Part shown: positions 56,909 through 64,000 of the stretch, piece after piece
Numbering within the stretch: the stretch's first letter is position 1
How the letters are laid out: each line of letters opens with the position of its first letter
From: Planctomycetota bacterium
GTDB lineage: Bacteria > Planctomycetota > UBA11346
Direction: 5' to 3'
Assembly (NCBI GenBank): GCA_044338255.1
Contig: JBIILZ010000004.1
Coordinates: 3,808-67,807 of the forward strand
Length of the DNA: 64,000 nt
Position numbers and translations under genes: made by a program
Notes under the pieces: generated by a model
Told to the model about the DNA's origin: nothing
Databases searched by the model: none
What the model saw: only the letters and a program-made list of their open reading frames with translations

Positions 56909-57316
56909 ATGACTATCCCACGCGTTCAGATTACCGTTTATTTAACGGCCGAAGGCCAAGCGTTACTACGCGAACGCATGAGGACGTCTGGCCTTAATGC
57001 GTCTCAATATTTCGGTTCCCGGTTAAAAAATGCCGATGTGCGGGTCACCCGGCACACATCCGCTCCGAGCAATATTTCCTCGGACGCCATTGGACTGGCG
57101 AGGAAGATGTCCGAGCACATGAATGAAATTGCACGTCGGATCAATTCGGCAGACCGCAATGAGCCATTCCCGATGGCCCGTGAGGAGTTTGATCTCATAG
57201 ACCGCGCTGCGACTCTGTTGGTGGCCAAGCTTTTGCATATCAAAAATGTGGGGAAAGTTAGCCGGAAACTGGGCATAACCAAATGGATGAGGGGCTCCAA
57301 CAGCCATAACGATTAA
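56909..57316 (+). CDS. MobC-like relaxosome accessory protein
   Basis: RVQITVYLTAEGQALLRERMRTSGLNASQYFGSRL is RHH-like. The later MSEHMNEIARRINS follows the MobC pattern (..NlNQiAr.lN). Confidence 0.5.
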   Translation: MTIPRVQITVYLTAEGQALLRERMRTSGLNASQYFGSRLKNADVRVTRHTSAPSNISSDAIGLARKMSEHMNEIARRINSADRNEPFPMAREEFDLIDRAATLLVAKLLHIKNVGKVSRKLGITKWMRGSNSHND

Positions 57317-57417
57317 CCCATGGGGATAGGTTCGGCTAAGCGCTCAATGATTCTTAATTTGGATAAGTTGACGAAATGATCAGCATAAATTCCCCACGTG
57401 GACCTGCAGGGCGCCTC

Positions 57418-60400
57418 TCAGGAGCACGCCTGCTTCACCGCATGCAACAACACCTGCTTCGCCTTCACCTGACCGTAGAACCAATCAGTCGACCAGATGC
57501 GGTGCAGGTTCCAATCCCGTTCTTTGAGGATTTCTTCCCGTAGATGGTCACGATCACGCGCCGCACGGCTGCTGTGGTAGGTCGCTCCATCGCACTCGAT
57601 GCCGAGCGCGAAGCGGCCAGAGTCACGTGGGTGGCGGACGCCCAGATCGACAAAGTAGCCGCACACGCCGACCTGCGGCTCGATCGTGTATCCCTCGGCA
57701 CGTAGGAACGCTGCCACGGCCTCCTCGAACGGCGAATCCATCGACTGGCCCGTACGAGAGCCAAGGTCTGGCACCGCCACACGTCGATCTGTCTCGCAAT
57801 AGCGAAGAAATCGGTGAAAATCGACCACGCCTTCATTCTTTCCCTCGCCAATAAGAATTTGTTCGCTGCGCATCGAAGAAAAAACGACCATCTGCTGCTT
57901 CGCACGCGTGATGGCTACATTGAAACGGCGCTTTCCTGCAATCCCGTTGATCGATTTGAATCGCTGATGCACCTTGTCCGTGCCTGGGTACTCTGGCCCG
58001 TACGTGCATGCGATCACGATGATGTCCCGTTGATCACCTTGGAAATTTTCGAGGTTGCGAACGATGAGCGGCTCAACGCCGCGGCTTTCCTCCTCCATTA
58101 GGATCTTGGCCACGATGGCATCACCCTGGCGAGCTTGATCGAGCAGATTGCTGATCGCCTCCTGATGACGCGCGTTCATCGTCAATACGCCGATGGTGGC
58201 GCGCTTCTTAGGCGGAATTCCAGCATAGGAACGAAGCGTTTTTACCAAGTACCCGACTACCGCACCTGCTTCGGGGGTATTGACCTGATTACGGAAAAAG
58301 CCGTCTGGGACGTAGTGGTGCTTGATCCCTCGGTCATCACGACGGTCAACGGCTGACGGAAAAATGATGAGTCGGTGGTTGTAGGAGAATGCGTTGGCAG
58401 GAGCTATGAGCTCTTGGTGCTGGCTGCGGTAGTGCCAGATCAAACCCGACTCGGGAAGCGATGCCTTGGCGAGTTCCAGGATGCTCTCGGCGGCCGCAGC
58501 CTCGGCTTCTTCGTCCTCCTCTTCCACGTCATTGGTCGTGGTTGACTGGAAGAAGTTGCTCGGTGGCATCTGTGCTGGATCACCGACGATGACGACTTCA
58601 CGACCACGAGCGATAGCCCCGAATGCATCTTCGGGAGTGAGCTGTGAGGCTTCGTCCATTACCACCAAATCGAATTCAATGGCCCCAGGGGACAGATATT
58701 GAGCGACCGCGAGCGGGGTCATCAGCCAGCACGGACACAGGTCCTGCATCGCCTTACCTGCCCTGGTGACAAGCTTACGAATTGGGAAATGCTTCCGCTG
58801 TTTGGAGCGCTCCTTGTCGAGCAATGCCCGCTGCGTCATATCGGCAGTAACACGACTATTTCGTCCTGCTTCCACATGACGACTCGCCACCGAAGCGATC
58901 ACACGCGCCTGATTCTTTTCCAGCATCGAGAGGTCATGGGCGGCGAATTCTTTGCGCTCGGCTTGATGGCGGCTCCCCGTGAAATTAGCCAACACAGGAT
59001 TCGCCTGGATAACCATTTCGGCTTGACGGTACAAGATGAGCGAGGCGAACACCGCTAGCATATCCTCGGCTGAGGGACGCGTAATGCGCAAGGTGTTGAG
59101 GAGCTGGGCCAGACCGTCATCTGCAAGCTGACGCTCCAACCGCAGCAGGTCGGCGAACGGCAGCAGAGATGCCTCAGCGTCGCTGAGCTGTGCCAAAGCT
59201 GTTCGCCGCTGAACAACCGTTTGAGAAAATAGGCATGTTCCACACGGGCCTTCGTACGTCTGCTTGCCAAATCGTTCGGCGAGCGCGACATGCTCTTCGG
59301 TCGCTTTGAACAGCGACTCGGCAATGCCAGAAAGTGCTTTAAGGTGATCGAGGGCAGCGCGAGTCCCCAATCCCAGCAACCACGCACATAGCTTCGACGG
59401 CAGCTCACGTGCCTGCGCCACGAGAAGCCAATGATCGCGCATCATCGTTGGCGTGAGGTCGGTGGTGCGGAATCCGACTCGATCATCGTAGGTCGCCATC
59501 TCGCGGGCCACCGCAGCCGCTTGGGTGTGGGACTCCAAGCTACGCGTCAGGTCGGACAGCGTCAGGACAGGTGTTGAGGCGGCCGAAGACAGCAGATCGA
59601 GCGATGAACGCCATTCCGCAAGCGATCGAGGCAGGTGATCGTGCCAGGTCGCAACGGGACTATCCGTCGTCGCGTCGGCAATATTGAGCATACCCACCGT
59701 GCGAGCGGTCTCGATGGTATCCTTTACCTGGTTCGCGCTGAAAGCGAGACGCTTCCACCACGTGGCGCGATGTTCCGCATCCGCCGCAACGATCCACTGC
59801 ACAAGCGGAACGGAGACGTCGTTTGCGCGAACCGCTCGCGTCCACTCGGTGCTGACGGTGACTGGATCCAGGTCACTGGAACCGAAACCCTGACCCAGTT
59901 CCTTCGACCAGGGTGCGATGGTCGTGGTGATTGCTCGCACCTGCTGCGCGCTGCGCAAAACGTCTGCAACCGTGCCGAGTGTCGTTTCACGTTGCGTGTG
60001 CAGGAGGGCGATGGTGGTGCGCATGCCGACCATTGTGGTGCGGATCGCTTCCAAGGTGGCGACGACGTCGCTGGCCTGACGAGCATCCTCAATTCCGATT
60101 CTAGCTGCTACCCGAGCATGTGCAGCTTCGATTTCGGCAACGGCATCACGGCATGCCCGCAGGGTCATGCGTGCATCGCCAACCACCAAATCGAGGCACG
60201 ATTGCAGTGTGAATCCAGCTGCCATGAGATTGGAGGTCCACTGGCGAGCCTCTTCAATAGATGATACACGCACTTGGTTCCAGGTGCGGCCAGCAAGTAC
60301 GACCGCGAATGGCTTTAGACCACCAGCGGTAAATTGGCTGTCAGTGTACGCTCCGATTACTTCCAGCGCCTGATTCGGTGTTACACCGGCTTGTGCACCC

Positions 60401-63400
60401 AGGCCATCGAGTGCAGTGACGATGCGACCAAGCCGAGACGCTGCGGCGGACATCGCCGACGCCTGCGATTCAAGCAACGTCAAGGATTCGCAGTTCCCCG
60501 TCGAGGATTGCCACGCCTTCCAGCTGACCAAAGCAGCGATGTGCGTGGAAGTTGACGGCAGTCCAGCAACCTGTGTGGTTGCGAACCACCGTAGAATGCT
60601 GCCTGCTTCCTCCCTCGGCAACGTGCGAACCCAGGCGAAGATCTGCTGTGCTTGCGCCCAGTTGGAATCGATGCCTTTCCATTGAGCGCCCAGCGCCATC
60701 GCACCGATGCCATCCTGATCGAGTGCGGCAACGGCGCGCTTCCAAGCCACCAATCGATCCAGCAGGGTGATGAGTTCCTGAGTGGAAGGAAGGGCAGCGG
60801 TACAGAATCGCATGAGCCGCGCACGCGCTGCACGCCACGACGAGCTGAACCAACGGAAGATTCCCGTCTGCGTTGCGAATGTCCTCCGCAGGGCGGTAAT
60901 AGCGTCTGCGTCTGGTGCCTCAGAGAGAAGGAAGTGGGATGCAAGACGATCGCGCTCCTGCACGAGCTGGCGCCCAGTCTCAGCGATCACCTCGATCGTG
61001 GCTTGAATCGGAAGCTCTGCCCAGCGCCCCAACTGCGTCGGCATCACAGGACTCGGGAACGTGCGGAGGATTTCCACCGTGGCGAAGGCGCCTGTTACGT
61101 GGTCGTGGTTGGTCGCTTCGGGGAGGCCCCATGCTGCCAGCAGCTGGTCCGCGACTTGAACAGCTCCACGTCGACCCTGTTCGATGCGAGCCATCACCTC
61201 CTGGTCGCGACGGAGGTCATCGAGTGGACGATCAGCCCATGCCGGTACCGTCGAAAGACCCCCACGGATCGTCGCGACTGCCTCGTCCTGTTCGTCGAGA
61301 TTGCCCGCTAGACGTCCACGGATTTGTGCGAATTTGACTTCTATTGCCTGGAAGGCTGCGAGCTGAGAGGCCAGCTCTGGCACCTTTTTTAGCGGAAGCA
61401 CGCCCTGGCAGACAGCAGCCACCGTTGGCTGATCGATCTCGGTGAGCGACAACGCGCGTGACACGAACGGCGTACGGGCGAGCGCCAAAAGAGCCCCCAC
61501 TGACGGCGAAGCTAAGCGGGGAAGAATAGGGGATGTGCGTGCAGAGATCGCATGCCAGGCGGCAACTACATCGGCAACAGAAACAGCCAATTCTTCCAGT
61601 GCAGAGAGTTGCACGGTATGCGCGGCGCGTGGCAGTGAAGCTAAGCGTTCCGCCAACGAATCCTGAGCGGCACCATCGACATTTCCCAGGCCGATACCGC
61701 TCGTGCTAATGGCCAACTGGTGGTCCCGTAGGCTGCTCAGCGAGGACACCAGCTCAGCAATACGAGTGAAGGCGTCGCCGCCCGCCAAGAGGTAGGCGAC
61801 GACACGCTGGTTGAGCTGTCTTGGGATCGCAGGGACCGCGTCGTGTGGGAACTCAGTAAGAGCGTGCAGGGTTCCCCACGTGAGCCCACCAAGCGCCTGC
61901 ACGCCTTCGGGCAGTTCCCCTGCGATTGCACGGTGGGTTTCCAGTGCGAGGTGGACCGAGTTGATGTGGTCGAGAGCCGATCCCGCTTCGGCCAGGCGGG
62001 TGCCAGGCACGAGGCCCCCCGTTAGCTGGCGCACGGCGGGACCGAGTCGTTCAACGATTTCTGCCGGCTTTTCGTTTCGCAGCGGCAGTGACTGGGTCGC
62101 GCTGCTCACATGACTCGCGTACTGTTTCACCAGCGCTTCGAGCGTGGCTACCTGTTTCACGTCGCCGCCCGATGCCGCGGCGATCTTCGATACGATCCAT
62201 GGCGATGGACGTTCGATGAAGGGCACGGCGCGAATTGCGAGCAGACTCTTTTTTACTGACGCCAGCGACTGTTCGCTGAGACTGGGATCGATAAGTTCCA
62301 GCGCCGTTTTCAGGTCGGAAACCTTTTCCAAACAGACGCGCAGGCTTCGCATGACCTGGGGCACTTGCGACGCCATCAGGTCGATCGGGGACCACCCAAT
62401 CCAGGTGTCGTTGGTGTTATCCAGCAGATGGCGCCACTCACGCAATGCATGGTCAGCTTGCGCTTTCCACGCATCGACGGCGATCTGGGTAGGTGGGAGA
62501 CTGAGCTGAATACTTTCAGCTGAGAACTCCGACCCCAAGATCTGCTGAGCCCGTTCTCTCGTGGCATTTGCCGACCTGATGACGGTCGCGTTGACACCGT
62601 AGACACCGATGCCACTGAGTCCGTTGGCGACCGTATTCAGCCGCTTCGCCGCGGCGGTCAGATGGGAGTTGCTGGCCGCCGAGCGGGGAGCCTTGGTGCG
62701 TGCGTCCTCAGCCTTTTGAAAATGTTGATGGACCTCGACTGGCCGCGACTTGTCGGTGTAGAGCGGAAGACAGAAATCGCTCACACCAACCTTGGTCAAA
62801 TTGCTGAACACCACGTTGAGAGCGGCCATCTTCTGAGCGACGAATAGGACTCGTTTCCCTTCGTGCAGAGCGGTGGCTATCAGGTTGGTAATTGTCTGCG
62901 ATTTGCCTGTGCCTGGTGGACCGATGATCGTGATCGACGTGTTGTTGCGAGCGGCAAGCAGCGCGGCGTACTGGCTCGAATCGGCATGGAGCAGAATCGG
63001 CAGATCTTCCTGCGCTTGGTGCTCGGCGACCTCCTCGGCAGAAGGGATAGGGGATTGCTCATTCGGGTCGTAATACGCGCGACGTTCAGCGAGGGCTGCG
63101 ATGACGGGATGTTCGAAGAGAGCCGACTGGTCTGGCCAATTGGCTGGATCCAGATCCAGCCACATGCGATACCTCGAAAAATTAAAGAAACCCAGGCTGA
63201 TCGTCGGATGTATCTTGCAGCCGAGCTTGCGGCTCACGGCTTGCGTGATTGCACCGATGTAATCAGACCAGGTTTCGTACTTTTCTGAGTCGTAGTCGGG
63301 GAGGGTTAGCCTTTGATCGGACTTGAATTTTTGAATCAGGCACGGGTTCCCCTGCGCCTCGTCGGCATCCATCTCGATGGTGAATTTTAAGTCACCGCCC

Positions 63401-64000
63401 CCAGGGGGTGTGAGCCGCTTCAATTTCACGTGCACCAGGATCAGCGGGCTGCACACGCGAGTCCGCTTTGGTCCTTCGGGTTCTTGCTGCACGGGGACTT
63501 TGATCCTCGACGGTCCTTCCTCGATTTCCCAGTCCAAAAATCCGATTGCCAGGAAGAGACAGGAGTCCCCCGTTGATGATTCGAGCGTCTCCTGCTTGCG
63601 ATAGATCGTCAGCAGCTTGGCGGTGCTGGCTTTCAGCGGTAGCGGGCTGATTAGACCACCCTCGGCGATATACGTCTGCAAGCGCTTTGCGATGTCGTCG
63701 GTCGACCGTGATTTGCTCGAACCGCTCTGTCTCGTGCGAATGCTGAGCGCATGACCAGCGATCTCGGTTTCCACGTCCCCAGATCGAAGGCTGCCGATGG
63801 CCTCGGCCTGCTCCTGTTCCGTGAGGATGAGGATGTCACGTGTGCGTTCCTCAGTGACAAGCTGGTCCCAAGCCGCGCCAGCGTTGCCCATAAGCACGAG
63901 GGAATCGGCAGTCGTCTTACCTTCGTCTGGGTTCCCAGGGCCGAAGTGGACCAGACGGTTCCTACGCGTGAGATCGAGGAGCTTCTGCCGTGCGGCAGCG
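57418..64000 (-). CDS. Giant DUF4011-like / SF1 (Upf1-like) helicase / DUF559-Vsr-like endonuclease fusion protein; N-terminus outside the window
   Basis: The track ORF of 2,159 aa begins at an internal GTG. The same frame stays open from 63898 to 64000 (...AAARQKLLDLTRRNRLVHFGPGNPDEGKTTADSL). Walker A is IIGPPGTGKSQT. Motif II is LVVMDEASQ. Further motifs are VIVGDPAQMPP, YRSQH, FQGDQRDIIV and NVAITRAKQ. The C-terminal PD-(D/E)XK module is GYFVDLG...LGIECDGATYHSS...RIWSTDW. Confidence 0.85.
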   Translation of the reverse strand, partial: AAARQKLLDLTRRNRLVHFGPGNPDEGKTTADSLVLMGNAGAAWDQLVTEERTRDILILTEQEQAEAIGSLRSGDVETEIAGHALSIRTRQSGSSKSRSTDDIAKRLQTYIAEGGLISPLPLKASTAKLLTIYRKQETLESSTGDSCLFLAIGFLDWEIEEGPSRIKVPVQQEPEGPKRTRVCSPLILVHVKLKRLTPPGGGDLKFTIEMDADEAQGNPCLIQKFKSDQRLTLPDYDSEKYETWSDYIGAITQAVSRKLGCKIHPTISLGFFNFSRYRMWLDLDPANWPDQSALFEHPVIAALAERRAYYDPNEQSPIPSAEEVAEHQAQEDLPILLHADSSQYAALLAARNNTSITIIGPPGTGKSQTITNLIATALHEGKRVLFVAQKMAALNVVFSNLTKVGVSDFCLPLYTDKSRPVEVHQHFQKAEDARTKAPRSAASNSHLTAAAKRLNTVANGLSGIGVYGVNATVIRSANATRERAQQILGSEFSAESIQLSLPPTQIAVDAWKAQADHALREWRHLLDNTNDTWIGWSPIDLMASQVPQVMRSLRVCLEKVSDLKTALELIDPSLSEQSLASVKKSLLAIRAVPFIERPSPWIVSKIAAASGGDVKQVATLEALVKQYASHVSSATQSLPLRNEKPAEIVERLGPAVRQLTGGLVPGTRLAEAGSALDHINSVHLALETHRAIAGELPEGVQALGGLTWGTLHALTEFPHDAVPAIPRQLNQRVVAYLLAGGDAFTRIAELVSSLSSLRDHQLAISTSGIGLGNVDGAAQDSLAERLASLPRAAHTVQLSALEELAVSVADVVAAWHAISARTSPILPRLASPSVGALLALARTPFVSRALSLTEIDQPTVAAVCQGVLPLKKVPELASQLAAFQAIEVKFAQIRGRLAGNLDEQDEAVATIRGGLSTVPAWADRPLDDLRRDQEVMARIEQGRRGAVQVADQLLAAWGLPEATNHDHVTGAFATVEILRTFPSPVMPTQLGRWAELPIQATIEVIAETGRQLVQERDRLASHFLLSEAPDADAITALRRTFATQTGIFRWFSSSWRAARARLMRFCTAALPSTQELITLLDRLVAWKRAVAALDQDGIGAMALGAQWKGIDSNWAQAQQIFAWVRTLPREEAGSILRWFATTQVAGLPSTSTHIAALVSWKAWQSSTGNCESLTLLESQASAMSAAASRLGRIVTALDGLGAQAGVTPNQALEVIGAYTDSQFTAGGLKPFAVVLAGRTWNQVRVSSIEEARQWTSNLMAAGFTLQSCLDLVVGDARMTLRACRDAVAEIEAAHARVAARIGIEDARQASDVVATLEAIRTTMVGMRTTIALLHTQRETTLGTVADVLRSAQQVRAITTTIAPWSKELGQGFGSSDLDPVTVSTEWTRAVRANDVSVPLVQWIVAADAEHRATWWKRLAFSANQVKDTIETARTVGMLNIADATTDSPVATWHDHLPRSLAEWRSSLDLLSSAASTPVLTLSDLTRSLESHTQAAAVAREMATYDDRVGFRTTDLTPTMMRDHWLLVAQARELPSKLCAWLLGLGTRAALDHLKALSGIAESLFKATEEHVALAERFGKQTYEGPCGTCLFSQTVVQRRTALAQLSDAEASLLPFADLLRLERQLADDGLAQLLNTLRITRPSAEDMLAVFASLILYRQAEMVIQANPVLANFTGSRHQAERKEFAAHDLSMLEKNQARVIASVASRHVEAGRNSRVTADMTQRALLDKERSKQRKHFPIRKLVTRAGKAMQDLCPCWLMTPLAVAQYLSPGAIEFDLVVMDEASQLTPEDAFGAIARGREVVIVGDPAQMPPSNFFQSTTTNDVEEEDEEAEAAAAESILELAKASLPESGLIWHYRSQHQELIAPANAFSYNHRLIIFPSAVDRRDDRGIKHHYVPDGFFRNQVNTPEAGAVVGYLVKTLRSYAGIPPKKRATIGVLTMNARHQEAISNLLDQARQGDAIVAKILMEEESRGVEPLIVRNLENFQGDQRDIIVIACTYGPEYPGTDKVHQRFKSINGIAGKRRFNVAITRAKQQMVVFSSMRSEQILIGEGKNEGVVDFHRFLRYCETDRRVAVPDLGSRTGQSMDSPFEEAVAAFLRAEGYTIEPQVGVCGYFVDLGVRHPRDSGRFALGIECDGATYHSSRAARDRDHLREEILKERDWNLHRIWSTDWFYGQVKAKQVLLHAVKQACS

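Larger units (their letters stand above)
51725..64000. mobile_element. Integrated plasmid-like element at the 3' end of tRNA-Gln (right end outside the window)
   Basis: A serine recombinase reads into the tRNA. Rep-like, ParA, ParB and MobC-like genes follow. The GC content is lower than in the core. The left junction lies within roughly 51725-51756. Confidence 0.7.

Overview
High-GC bacterial chromosome segment; the phylum cannot be assigned from sequence alone. A housekeeping core of about 38 kb (13.8-51.7 kb) is flanked by two lower-GC integrated elements. The core encodes a radical SAM protein, an EVE protein, serB, accD, nusA-infB-rbfA-gpsA, an NtrC-type activator, an ABC-2 transporter, ribF, mrp/apbC, a hexose-6-P mutarotase, glyQS, a DUF1611 protein, pyrD, rlmN, smpB, a PduO-type adenosyltransferase, nadC, pabB and dehydrogenases. 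Island 1 (1 to about 13.4 kb) sits in the 3' end of ssrA (tmRNA, minus strand). Island 2 (about 51.7 kb to beyond 64 kb) sits in the 3' end of tRNA-Gln(CUG). Each island ends with a large serine recombinase whose ORF terminates inside the RNA gene. Island 1 carries a PLD-like/SNF2 helicase (truncated at the left edge and absent from the ORF track), HTH/excisionase genes, EcsC, a PD-(D/E)XK nuclease, a P-loop-less DnaB-like protein, DUF932 and RadC. Island 2 looks like an integrated plasmid (Rep-like, ParA, ParB, orphan MobC). Its cargo is a helicase-nuclease fusion of more than 2,190 aa that runs off the right edge, with its ATPase motifs split by about 1,400 aa. The core intergenic DNA has five arrays of a degenerate heptamer (GGYCYCT/AGRGRCC), mostly between convergent genes. 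It also has unrelated 11-, 12-, 13- and 15-bp tandem repeats at 5' or divergent regions. Many long ORFs in the track are antisense high-GC artefacts. All calls come from reading translated motifs; no database search was possible.
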